Shown: piece by piece, positions 18,223 to 26,165 of the stretch
How the letters are laid out: the number at the start of each line of letters is the position of its first letter
How positions within the stretch are numbered: position 1 is the first letter of the stretch
Notes under the pieces: generated by a model
Seen by the model: only the letters and a program-made list of their open reading frames with translations
Told to the model about the DNA's origin: nothing
The model's database searches: none
Position numbers and translations under genes: made by a program
Origin: a virus
DNA length: 56,566 nt
Virus record (IMG/VR): IMGVR_UViG_3300045988_014023
Coordinates: 1-56,566 of that record
Strand: one strand, 5' to 3'

Positions 18223-18981
18223 TCATGCTCCTTTCAGAAACTTGTTTACAAAGTAAACCTGTCCTTTTCCGGTAACTTTCGTTGTCTTTGTAATTCTTAC
18301 GGAACCGTCCGGATTCTGAATGTTGCTTTCCTTAACCTCGAACAGTCCCTGTTCCACATATCTCTGTTTTGGCATGTTCCTAGAAGTACCGCTTTTAATA
18401 AGGAAGTTATTCTCTCTCAACCACTCAAATAACCGCTTCTGTCCTATCTGCACACCGTTCTGACAAATCAGCTTTGCTAAATCTCCAATGAGGATTGATG
18501 TATGGCTTGCTGATACTGCATCAGCGAAAATCTCTTTAGGTATCATTCCTTGGATTCGTGAGTCCTGCATAGCAATGATATTGTTCTTTTCGTCAATCTT
18601 TCGTTGTGCCACCATAAGTGCCTTGGAAAGCAACTCTTCATCAGATAAGGTTTCCTGTCCTGCTATGTAACCGCCATTCTTACGGATTGACGGAAGGACT
18701 TCATGCGTAATCCATCTTTTAAAATCTTTGGCTTCTCTTTTTCTGCTTGCAAGTACCAATGAGTAAAGACCGTATTCGTTTACACAGTTTGTCTCTCCAC
18801 CAGATAACCCTAAATTAAATTTAGCCTTTTCATCATCGTCAATTCTTTGCATAGCCATTGTTGGGTTTGACAAATCTAACGACCTGCATATGTCACTTGC
18901 GACAAACCAAGGCTCATTATCTTTAGTAATTGTCCGAATCTCTCCAAACTCTTCCGAATTAAAAATCTGTAATTCGTTCAT
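18223..18981 (-). CDS. ant: Bro-N / KilAC-type antirepressor
   Basis: 252 aa. IFNSEEFGEIRTITKDNEPWFVASDICRSLDL...FKRWITHEVLPSIRKNGGY is a Bro-N domain. The C-terminal half is antirepressor-like. Confidence 0.85.
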   Translation of the reverse strand: MNELQIFNSEEFGEIRTITKDNEPWFVASDICRSLDLSNPTMAMQRIDDDEKAKFNLGLSGGETNCVNEYGLYSLVLASRKREAKDFKRWITHEVLPSIRKNGGYIAGQETLSDEELLSKALMVAQRKIDEKNNIIAMQDSRIQGMIPKEIFADAVSASHTSILIGDLAKLICQNGVQIGQKRLFEWLRENNFLIKSGTSRNMPKQRYVEQGLFEVKESNIQNPDGSVRITKTTKVTGKGQVYFVNKFLKGA

Positions 18982-18995
18982 AGTTCTCCTTTCTG

Positions 18996-19004
18996 TGGTA
19001 TAAT
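18996..19004 (+). promoter_or_regulatory. Extended -10 promoter element (TGgTATAAT) for 19039..19248
   Basis: TGGTATAAT read at 18996-19004, followed by RBS AAGGGAGG and a TTG start at 19039. Confidence 0.4.
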
Positions 19005-19038
19005 CCCCTTATCATCAAATAAGGGAGGTGAAAATCTT

Positions 19039-19248
19039 TTGAAACAAAGAATCATAAATGGTTATTGTGAGCAACAGCGTTCTGATTATCAAGTTAAGGT
19101 CAATGTTATTGAAAGCAAAACTACTGAATCGTCAGAAGAATACTGTGGTACTTACGATTGCAAATATAAGCGTGACGGCAATATTTGCAGTCAATCAAGT
19201 TGCTCTGTCCTTTCATCAAACAATATTTTTGTTGGCGAAAAGATGTAA
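19039..19248 (+). CDS. Cys-rich small protein, cassette 1 (paralog of 20586..20774)
   Basis: 69 aa with a TTG start and strong RBS. The GYCE...V.V.VI...YCGTYDC...C...C pattern is shared with the 62-aa ORF. Confidence 0.55.
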   Translation: MKQRIINGYCEQQRSDYQVKVNVIESKTTESSEEYCGTYDCKYKRDGNICSQSSCSVLSSNNIFVGEKM

Positions 19249-19272
19249 CCATTATTCCCCGGACTTAAAATC

Positions 19273-19533
19273 TCACGTTCGGGGAATTTCTTCGTCTGCA
19301 ATCTGTAGATTAATTGCCCCGATTTTTTCCTGATATATCAAGCAAACGGCATCAACAGTCAAATTAAATGCCTGTAAATCAAGCACCAAATGCGGAAGAC
19401 CGTTTGGTTCTACAGAAAAATCAAGTTTTCTAATTCCTTTGATTTCATGTCCATCTACAAAAAGATGAATGCTTGACGGTGGTTCTCCCTCTCTTCTCGG
19501 CTTGATTTCAATTTTTTGTGGTTTGTGTTCCAT
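19273..19533 (-). CDS. Hypothetical protein, cassette 1 (paralog of 20749..21003)
   Basis: 86 aa. VDGHEIKGIRKLDF...LVLDLQAFNLTVD aligns with IDGHVIHGVRSVRF...VHLDFNCINMSID. Confidence 0.55.
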   Translation of the reverse strand: MEHKPQKIEIKPRREGEPPSSIHLFVDGHEIKGIRKLDFSVEPNGLPHLVLDLQAFNLTVDAVCLIYQEKIGAINLQIADEEIPRT

Positions 19534-19792
19534 ATTCTAACCCCCTTTCGTCACTCTCTTCTTGTGGTAAAAGCAAATGAATATTTTCCAAACGGAGATT
19601 AGGATATAATCTCTTTGTTTCTTCATATACGGTTTTGGTTTTCAGCCATTTCCGCATATGGAGAACCTGTTCCATGACATCCATATCGTGAATATCCACT
19701 TTGTTTAAAATCTTCTGCAATTCCTTTTCCATTCCATTGAAATAGGAAACCGGAACAACAACCAAATCATTCACGGATTTAATTTCTTTCAT
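19508..19792 (-). CDS. Hypothetical protein
   Basis: Track ORF 19508..19837. The likely start is MKEIKSVN (AGGAGAGGA RBS). Confidence 0.5.
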   Translation of the reverse strand: MKEIKSVNDLVVVPVSYFNGMEKELQKILNKVDIHDMDVMEQVLHMRKWLKTKTVYEETKRLYPNLRLENIHLLLPQEESDERGLEYGTQTTKN

Positions 19793-19820
19793 TTCTTCCT
19801 CTCCTTTCTGCTCAAAATCT

Positions 19821-20009
19821 TTATTCTTTGCGATCAATTAACTCGGCTACATCAATTCCTAGTATTTCGGAAACCCTTACAACTTTGTCAAACGAAGGGC
19901 TAATCTCTCCCCATTTGCAAATACTGCCCTGCGAAATATTAGCCATCATTTCTAGTTTTCTGATTGGAATTCCCTTTTCCTTACTGAACCGTTTGATTTT
20001 TTCGTACAA
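19821..20009 (-). CDS. Cro-like XRE-family HTH regulator
   Basis: TTG start 7 nt after GGGAGG. LYEKIKRFSKEKGIPIRKLEMMANISQGSICKWG is an HTH_3 pattern. First gene of the leftward early operon. Confidence 0.7.
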   Translation of the reverse strand: MYEKIKRFSKEKGIPIRKLEMMANISQGSICKWGEISPSFDKVVRVSEILGIDVAELIDRKE

Positions 20010-20037
20010 GTTAAAACCTCCCTTCCTTTTCTTTAAG

Positions 20038-20053
20038 TTCTGAAAAAATCGCA
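20038..20053 (-). promoter_or_regulatory. Operator copy a (TGCGATTTTTTCAGAA, inverted)
   Basis: Exact 16-mer, reverse-complement orientation, 9 bp upstream of the -35 of the rightward promoter. Confidence 0.6.
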
Positions 20054-20061
20054 CATATATG

Positions 20062-20090
20062 TTGACTATTCTCTGAAGATATTCTATAAT
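20062..20090 (+). promoter_or_regulatory. Rightward sigma-70-type promoter (TTGACT-17-TATAAT)
   Basis: -35 at 20062-20067 and -10 at 20085-20090, with the spacer counted as 17 nt. Points toward the repressor-like gene at 20254. Confidence 0.6.
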
Positions 20091-20149
20091 TTGAGTTGCG
20101 AGCAAAAATCATAGAAATTAATTACGGCATGCGAATGTCGCTATTTTGT

Positions 20150-20165
20150 TGCGATTTTTTCAGAA
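20150..20165 (+). promoter_or_regulatory. Operator copy b (TGCGATTTTTTCAGAA)
   Basis: Exact 16-mer, about +5 to +20 of the leftward promoter. Confidence 0.6.
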
Positions 20166-20176
20166 CCTTTAAGTAC

Positions 20177-20204
20177 ATTATACGCGATATATTCAGAATG
20201 TCAA
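20177..20204 (-). promoter_or_regulatory. Leftward sigma-70-type promoter (TTGACA-16-TATAAT)
   Basis: On the minus strand, -35 = rc of 20199-20204 and -10 = rc of 20177-20182. Points toward the Cro-like gene and faces the rightward promoter. Confidence 0.6.
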
Positions 20205-20214
20205 TAATTATTTT

Positions 20215-20230
20215 TGCGATTTTTTCAGAA
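20215..20230 (+). promoter_or_regulatory. Operator copy c (TGCGATTTTTTCAGAA)
   Basis: Exact 16-mer, 11 bp upstream of the -35 of the leftward promoter. Same relative geometry as copy a has to the rightward promoter. Confidence 0.6.
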
Positions 20231-20253
20231 TTTTATTTTGTGGAGAAAATCAA

Positions 20254-20583
20254 ATGACATTAAAAGAAAGAGTTAAAGAATTGTGCGATGAAAACGGTGT
20301 AAAAAGCTACCAATTAGAGGAGTATTGCGGATTTGCAAAGGGATATTTGAGCAAGCTGGATCATCCAAATGTGGACAAAGTAAATGCAATAGCTGAATAT
20401 TTTGGTGTTTCTCTTGACTATCTCGTAAATGGTAAAGAAGACAGATTGGAAAAATATGCAAATATGTCAGCAAAATTAATGAAGGACGAAGAATTGACCT
20501 GCTCATTAAAGAAATATTTCAACTTATCAGACGCTAAAAAGAAACACGTTATTGAATTAATAAACCTATTAAGTGAGGAATAA
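20254..20583 (+). CDS. CI-like XRE-family repressor (no peptidase domain)
   Basis: 109 aa. LKERVKELCDENGVKSYQLEEYCGFAKGYLSKL...IAEYFGVSLDYLVNG is an HTH_3 pattern. One of very few plus-strand genes, divergent from the early operon. Confidence 0.7.
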   Translation: MTLKERVKELCDENGVKSYQLEEYCGFAKGYLSKLDHPNVDKVNAIAEYFGVSLDYLVNGKEDRLEKYANMSAKLMKDEELTCSLKKYFNLSDAKKKHVIELINLLSEE

Positions 20584-20585
20584 TT

Positions 20586-20774
20586 ATGTTTATAAAAGAA
20601 TATGGATTTTGTGAATTGGTAAATAAAAATGTAACAATAGAAATTGACCAAGTTCCGTACAAGAACAATGAAGGAATTGTATACGCAAAAGGCAAGATAC
20701 GTTGCGGTTATAGCGACACAACGTATCATTGCGAAAGAAACGATTGCCCTATATGGCGTGGTCTTGATTCTTAA
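20586..20774 (+). CDS. Cys-rich small protein, cassette 2
   Basis: 62 aa. Starts 2 nt after the repressor stop, so it is probably co-transcribed. Paralog of 19039..19248. Confidence 0.55.
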   Translation: MFIKEYGFCELVNKNVTIEIDQVPYKNNEGIVYAKGKIRCGYSDTTYHCERNDCPIWRGLDS

Positions 20775-21003
20775 ATTTAATCTCAATCTCGCTCTCTCCG
20801 TCATTTCCTTCTAATCTTGTAACAAACGGAGAGTCTATTGACATATTGATGCAATTAAAATCAAGGTGAACAACCGGCATTTCCATAGCCTTCTTTTCAA
20901 ATCGAACGCTACGAACACCATGAATCACATGACCGTCAATAAGAACTTCGCAAAAAATACTGTCTTCATTAATGGATCTGATTTCAAGTTTTGAATTTTT
21001 CAT
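20749..21003 (-). CDS. Hypothetical protein, cassette 2
   Basis: 84 aa. Its 3' end overlaps the convergent 62-aa gene by 26 bp. Paralog of 19273..19533. Confidence 0.55.
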   Translation of the reverse strand: MKNSKLEIRSINEDSIFCEVLIDGHVIHGVRSVRFEKKAMEMPVVHLDFNCINMSIDSPFVTRLEGNDGESEIEIKFKNQDHAI

Positions 21004-21110
21004 TTACAGAACTCCTTTACGATATTTGATACAATAATATAAATACAACGTAAGACCTTCCGGTCTTCAATCTTATCAATCAATTCTATTATCTTCTTTT
21101 TGTAATCCAT
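21000..21110 (-). CDS. Hypothetical small protein (36 aa)
   Basis: Hand-translated MDYKKKIIELIDKIEDRKVLRCIYIIVSNIVKEFCK. Strong AGGAGGGG RBS and ATGA overlap with the next gene. Confidence 0.4.
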   Translation of the reverse strand: MDYKKKIIELIDKIEDRKVLRCIYIIVSNIVKEFCK

Positions 21111-21300
21111 TTGCAACCCCTCCTATCGATATACCCCATTATAGAACGTGTGTTCGGCATAGTCAATCCCCAATTATGGGCGGAGCCATGCCAAACCCCA
21201 CCCATGCCAGAACTTGAAGTGTCCTTTCGGACAAGTCCATAGTATCACTGTAATATGCATGATTTCAACATTTTTCGGTCGCAAGTTTCGACAAGAAATG

Positions 21301-21426
21301 TCATTGCAGAGAAGCGGAAAGCTGTTTCTCAATCTCTTCTTGCACTTTTGCGCGCCAACGCATCGGCACTTCATCAATCGTCATTTTCTTATCTACCAAG
21401 ATTCTGCGCACATAAAACTTAACCAT
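21301..21426 (-). CDS. XkdX-like small protein (41 aa)
   Basis: Hand-translated MVKFYVRRILVDKKMTIDEVPMRWRAKVQEEIEKQL... Resembles the XkdX-type mini-proteins found after tail fibre genes. Confidence 0.45.
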   Translation of the reverse strand: MVKFYVRRILVDKKMTIDEVPMRWRAKVQEEIEKQLSASLQ

Positions 21427-21429
21427 ATC

Positions 21430-21810
21430 CTACACCTCACTTTCTGCTGCAATGCTTGCCAGTTCTTCGATTGCTTCTGCGTTTGCTTCGTGCCCTGCTT
21501 TAAGTTCATCGATTGCTTTTTCCATTTCCGTCTTTGTTCTAAGTCTTACCGTTACGGTATATGTACCGTCTTCTGCGCCATCTTCTCCCACGTTCGGATT
21601 GTAAGAAAACCCATCGGATTTCAGATCGGTGTATTCTCCAGACGCTTCCCCGTTGTGGGTGAATGTCACTTTTGCAAGGTTGTCCCCGGAAAACGCTTTC
21701 GTGATGGTCTTGACGGCTTCGAAATTCTCTGCCTTGATCTGGATGTTTCCAAGGCTTGCTCCATCGGCAATTTCAAATTCTGTTTTGTTGGCTAAAATAA
21801 TTTTGTCCAT
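21430..21810 (-). CDS. Hypothetical protein (XkdW position, downstream of the fibre genes)
   Basis: 126-aa ORF. The call is based on position only. Confidence 0.5.
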   Translation of the reverse strand: MDKIILANKTEFEIADGASLGNIQIKAENFEAVKTITKAFSGDNLAKVTFTHNGEASGEYTDLKSDGFSYNPNVGEDGAEDGTYTVTVRLRTKTEMEKAIDELKAGHEANAEAIEELASIAAESEV

Positions 21811-21851
21811 GATTTTTATTCCTTTCTATGTGTAAATTTATGGGTTACTAA

Positions 21852-22085
21852 ACTTATTTAAACGGCAGTTTTAAAAGTTTTGCGCCACGACCAGGGCTTA
21901 TATATGATGGTACAGTAAATAGTGCCACAATTATTTTCTACAAATATTCCAATGAGAATTGGGCTGGTATTGGCGTTAAAGGAGACGGAACACCAGTTCT
22001 TCGTATTGGGGTAAGTAATGCGGGCAAAGTAGAATATACATTCGGGAAAGATGGCTATATTTATACACCGTCAAGAAGAATATAA
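21852..22085 (+). other. Startless alternative tail-fibre C-terminal coding cassette (77 codons + stop)
   Basis: Open frame TYLNGSFKSFAPRPGLIYDGTVNSATIIFYKYSNENWAGIGVKGDGTPVLRIGVSNAGKVEYTFGKDGYIYTPSRRI*. It has no ATG/GTG/TTG and no RBS, and lies tail-to-tail with the fibre gene. Confidence 0.6.
21856..21871. repeat. Inverted repeat, left copy (ATTTAAACGGCAGTTT); candidate recombination crossover site
   Basis: Its reverse complement is identical to 22365-22380. Lies within the dyad ATTTAAA-CGGCAG-TTTTAAA. Confidence 0.75.
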
Positions 22086-22087
22086 AT

Positions 22088-23185
22088 TTAACTTACAGTT
22101 ACTGTAAATACAGCGAAATGTCCGGTATATCTTTCCGTTATTCCATTATGGACAAGCAGCAAAATGCTAGGATATTTAAACACCGTAGAAGACCCTGGCA
22201 ATTCGATTTCCGATGCGCTTTCTTGCACTCGGCATTTATTTATTGTTATCGTTTTGTTTCGCAGAGCATCCGATATTGGAGCGGCTACTGACATGCCTCC
22301 AAACCCCATCATAAATGCCCCAGGAATATCATATGTGCCATTTACTCCACGCAAAAAATCATTTAAACTGCCGTTTAAATCACTTAACTGTTTCGCCAGC
22401 GTGCCGTCTATATTCGGGTTAGCCTGCCGCGCGTCCAACGCATATCCGGCAACCGTGGTTGTCTGATTATTCACTACACTTGTTTTCGTGTCCGGTGGTG
22501 TTTGCCATGTGCCATCTTCTCTTAGATATTTACTCGTTCCTGCTGTAGTCGATGGTGCAGGAACAAGACCGGCTTTTGCGCCGGTTCCGGATTTTACAAA
22601 ATTGGAATATGTTGTGTTATTATCAGCATTCCAGTCCATGCACAACCAAAATGTACCATCATAAGTAAATATATGGGTCGCATTATTATAGAAGAAATTT
22701 CCGCTTGCATAAGAAATAGCCGCCTTATTCCCGTTTCGAACATATCCTATAGTTTTCGCCCCGGTGCCATTTACATTAAGTGTAAGGTTCCCGGTTGTTG
22801 GATTTGCTGTGCCCACCGTATCCGTAAATTTAACCGCAATGCTCGTACCGACTTGTAATACAAAGTTTGCCAATGTTGCAACTTTAGCCGCCGTAGCTCG
22901 ACCGGTCGCGCAAGTAGCCAGCGGTTTTTTCAAAACCTCAATTGCTTTTTTGTCGGTTGCGGACATTAGACCGTTAGATGTGGTTGTCGCTGGTGCGCTT
23001 GATCCTGCAGATGGTCCGCTCATCCAATAGTCTTTTGTATCTGCTCCAGGTACTTTCCCTGCCGGAACATTCTTTTTCGCAATGTAAAGCGTGTTGTTAT
23101 GCATTACTGCATCCAACCGTTTGTAAATCAAGGATGCGTCATAGTCATCCTTTGGTACAATTGCCACTCTTCCTGCTATAGCCAT
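22088..23185 (-). CDS. Tail fibre / receptor-binding protein
   Basis: 365 aa, the last large gene of the tail module. T/N/G-rich beta-type sequence. Carries the right inverted repeat in frame (…SDLNGSLND…). Confidence 0.6.
   Translation of the reverse strand: MAIAGRVAIVPKDDYDASLIYKRLDAVMHNNTLYIAKKNVPAGKVPGADTKDYWMSGPSAGSSAPATTTSNGLMSATDKKAIEVLKKPLATCATGRATAAKVATLANFVLQVGTSIAVKFTDTVGTANPTTGNLTLNVNGTGAKTIGYVRNGNKAAISYASGNFFYNNATHIFTYDGTFWLCMDWNADNNTTYSNFVKSGTGAKAGLVPAPSTTAGTSKYLREDGTWQTPPDTKTSVVNNQTTTVAGYALDARQANPNIDGTLAKQLSDLNGSLNDFLRGVNGTYDIPGAFMMGFGGMSVAAPISDALRNKTITINKCRVQESASEIELPGSSTVFKYPSILLLVHNGITERYTGHFAVFTVTVS
22365..22380. repeat. Inverted repeat, right copy (AAACTGCCGTTTAAAT) inside the fibre gene
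   Basis: Perfect 16-bp match to rc(21856-21871). Lies within the dyad ATTTAAA-CTGCCG-TTTAAAT. Confidence 0.75.
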
Positions 23186-23917
23186 TTAAGCCACCTCCCA
23201 ATTTAAATTTCCGTCATTATCAACGACAAAGTTATATGCAGAATTGTCCGTGTAAATCAACTCCCCATCCTCATTCACATCAAACTCTGCCATTGAAAGT
23301 TTCTTGTTAATCTCGCTTTCGATTCCCTGCGCCCTGTCTGCGCTGTCCTTGGCATCTATGGCAGATTTTGCCGCCTTGGTTTCGGACTCTTTTGCGCTTT
23401 TGGCAGATGCTGCTGCCTTGGCAGATTCCACTTTAATATCTGCAAGATAATCCGGGCGCAGATGCTTTTCTTGAATACTTCCCTCTTTCACGATTGCGGA
23501 CACCTTACCGTCACTGCTAATTTCAAATGCAATGGTATTGCTATCTATAAATTCATACTGCGTGATCAGAGCGGACAAATCAACATTCTGCGTTGTGCCA
23601 TCGTCAAGCGTGATTACTAATTGCTGTTTCTGCGAATCATAAGCGAAGTTTACCGCCAGTTTTTCCAGCTTAGTATCAATTATAGCCTGTGAACCGTTCA
23701 TTTTTACTATGGTCAATGTTCCGTTTGATTCATCCCACAGAATTTCTTTCACAAGCTCATTTGCCTTTGTCAAATCAACCTTAGACGCATCCATAGCAAC
23801 CACACGATCATCCAGATTGTCAATCGCCAAGTCCATCTTATTAAGATTAGATTCATTTACCGCTGTTTTTTCACTTGGGAAATTCTCCCAGTTGATACGG
23901 TTATATATTTTCTGCAT
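23186..23917 (-). CDS. Tail fibre protein (N-terminal INWEN.PS...LNKMD motif type)
   Basis: 243 aa. MQKIYNRINWENFPSEKTAVNESNLNKMDLAIDNL resembles the conserved N-termini of Firmicutes phage fibre proteins. Confidence 0.55.
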   Translation of the reverse strand: MQKIYNRINWENFPSEKTAVNESNLNKMDLAIDNLDDRVVAMDASKVDLTKANELVKEILWDESNGTLTIVKMNGSQAIIDTKLEKLAVNFAYDSQKQQLVITLDDGTTQNVDLSALITQYEFIDSNTIAFEISSDGKVSAIVKEGSIQEKHLRPDYLADIKVESAKAAASAKSAKESETKAAKSAIDAKDSADRAQGIESEINKKLSMAEFDVNEDGELIYTDNSAYNFVVDNDGNLNWEVA

Positions 23918-26165
23918 GGCTCACACTCCTTTCTAACGCGGATAGCCTGCGTTCAAAATCGTTACACCTGTTCTGCAGTTTCTGTATCATGGCAGTATTT
24001 AAAGCAATAAACTCTTGATAGCACAATGTATACATATCATTTGCGCCACCATTCCGCTCTAAGAATTTTTCAAATTCCTTATTAGATTGAAAATCTTTTT
24101 CGGAGAATACCGCATGTTCCAGTCCGTAAAACTCATTTTCAGATATGTCGCAATCCGTCATTGCCTGTTCAACATCCTGTGCAACGAATCCAATGTGCAT
24201 TTTTTCGTCATTTTCTATGAGCCGATATTCCATCGGTTGTAGCAACTCGAAAAATCTCACAAACCGATCATCCTCTAACAGCTTTCGGAAATCTTTTTTC
24301 TTCCTGCGATCAGACGTTGTTTTCCAACCGCCAGAAGAATATCCTCCAGCAAATGGATTTGGGGTTGTTCCACAGTACACGGAACTAGAACTTGGGATTA
24401 AATTTCCGTTGCCGGAAATTTGTACATTATCATCTATTCCAATACCTTTTAAATAATATGCAGTTGATGCCATTATACACTGTCTTGCACTTTCTGCGGT
24501 TGTTGCGCTTCCTGCGGTTGTTGCATAATCTGCCGTACTCGCATGATCCCCTATGGCATCACCATTTGCGTCAGTAACAGACGATAAATCCAACCTAACA
24601 TTCTGCAATAGCGCATTATTTCTTCCGTCATGCCCTAATATCTCTACCCCATATGCATCGCCACTGTCAAAAAGCAGAGAGTCTATTATATGTACTCGTC
24701 CAAGAGCGTCCAGCTCGAAATTGTTACACTCTACAATCAATCTGTTTCCGCGCAACACGATTTGGTCTGCACTGGCATTAATCATCGAAATAACTTGGTC
24801 GTTTTCATCTCTACCTAATTTCAATTCCAATGATGCGTCTAATTGCCCTTCCGCTTTTTGTGCACGATTGACTTCTGCGACAATGCTTTTTGCGGTCTGC
24901 TCAAACTTGGTATTTGTCTGTTCCTCTAAATCCTCGTATGTGGATTGAAGATGGTCTGCGTTCCTCTCTAACTTTCCGGTACGTCTTTGCACGCTTTCAA
25001 TCGTGTCTCTGATAGAATTAACCTTTACAGAGTGTGTCTGCGTGCCCTGTGCCGAGATTGAATCTCTCTTGCTTTGCACTCCGGTTAGGGTGCGTTGCAA
25101 AAGATACGTTTCAACGATTTCTCTCGTGGTGTTGAACCGGATTGGTTCGCCAAGTGTCAGACATGGATTTCCGACACAAGTGCAACTTTTAATCGGTGTG
25201 TATGCCGCCTGTTTCATAATCGGCAACAGGTTATTTGCAATCTGTTCCAGCTCCGCTCCGGTCTTGTCTGATACAAGAAAGTTTCCTGTAATCGAATAGT
25301 TGTTCCCGGCAGTTCCAACAATAGCACCGGCATTATCTTCGCTTGTCTTGATTTCAAGCTGTGTGATTGCCTTGCTTTGGAAGTCCTCATAATCAAACGT
25401 GATGTAGTGCCCGGTCATGGACTCCGTGTTTGCATCACTTGGAAACAGATCATCTGCCGGGAACAAATCCTCTCGCGGATAAAGCGCGCTTGTGATTGCT
25501 TTCAGAAAGACGTACTCAAACTTGCCATTCCGGTTGATATTGCCAAAGCATCCGTTAATCTCACAGATTGCCGTTACAACGGTTTTTCCACTGATAGAGG
25601 ACTCTTCTGTGACCGCACTTGAATCGTCCGTCTGTGTGGCTACAATCGTCTTATTTACCGTCATGGAATCATTGACAAGGCTTGTTTCAACTTGCGCAAT
25701 TCCAAGATGTGCAAAGAAGCTATCGCGGAACTGCTTAAGCGTCATTGGAAAGCTAAGTCCTGCATACCAAGCCTTTACATCTGTATTGATAATGTCGTAC
25801 ATAGCGTCATATGCCGTAATCTGCCGTTTTGTACGGTCAGCCGTAGGAACATCGGATGCCACCTTAAAAACTCCGTATGGCATCGGATTTTGGCTATCTC
25901 CGTCAATCGTTTCTTCAATAGAGATTGTCTTTCCAATAATGTTTCCTGCGGTGTTTCGTGCTGTGAATTTTACACAATTCGCTTCGCACGCTCCAAACTT
26001 TAATTCAGACTCCGAACAAAGGCTTTCTTCAAGCGCAAACGTACCGATTTCAAGCATCGAATTGTCTATTTTCTGATTCGTTCCAACAACAGATATGACC
26101 ATCTGTTTATCTGTCGAGGAATCCCAATACTTTTCTTTCAAATTGCTATTTATCATATACACCAC
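23901..26165 (-). CDS. Tail tip/spike protein with C-terminal S74-type intramolecular chaperone domain
   Basis: 754 aa. The C-terminal TSDRRKKKDF...MHIGFVAQDVEQ matches the Peptidase_S74 (SD.R.K) auto-cleaving chaperone pattern. In the Tal position. Confidence 0.65.
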   Translation of the reverse strand: MVYMINSNLKEKYWDSSTDKQMVISVVGTNQKIDNSMLEIGTFALEESLCSESELKFGACEANCVKFTARNTAGNIIGKTISIEETIDGDSQNPMPYGVFKVASDVPTADRTKRQITAYDAMYDIINTDVKAWYAGLSFPMTLKQFRDSFFAHLGIAQVETSLVNDSMTVNKTIVATQTDDSSAVTEESSISGKTVVTAICEINGCFGNINRNGKFEYVFLKAITSALYPREDLFPADDLFPSDANTESMTGHYITFDYEDFQSKAITQLEIKTSEDNAGAIVGTAGNNYSITGNFLVSDKTGAELEQIANNLLPIMKQAAYTPIKSCTCVGNPCLTLGEPIRFNTTREIVETYLLQRTLTGVQSKRDSISAQGTQTHSVKVNSIRDTIESVQRRTGKLERNADHLQSTYEDLEEQTNTKFEQTAKSIVAEVNRAQKAEGQLDASLELKLGRDENDQVISMINASADQIVLRGNRLIVECNNFELDALGRVHIIDSLLFDSGDAYGVEILGHDGRNNALLQNVRLDLSSVTDANGDAIGDHASTADYATTAGSATTAESARQCIMASTAYYLKGIGIDDNVQISGNGNLIPSSSSVYCGTTPNPFAGGYSSGGWKTTSDRRKKKDFRKLLEDDRFVRFFELLQPMEYRLIENDEKMHIGFVAQDVEQAMTDCDISENEFYGLEHAVFSEKDFQSNKEFEKFLERNGGANDMYTLCYQEFIALNTAMIQKLQNRCNDFERRLSALERSVSHAENI

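Noticed and set aside
21174-21795. ORFs 21174..21377(-) and 21214..21795(+)
   Set aside because: The plus ORF is antisense to the well-supported 21430..21810 and XkdX-like genes and is Cys/Phe-rich nonsense. The minus ORF lacks an RBS and overlaps the better 41-aa XkdX-like ORF region.
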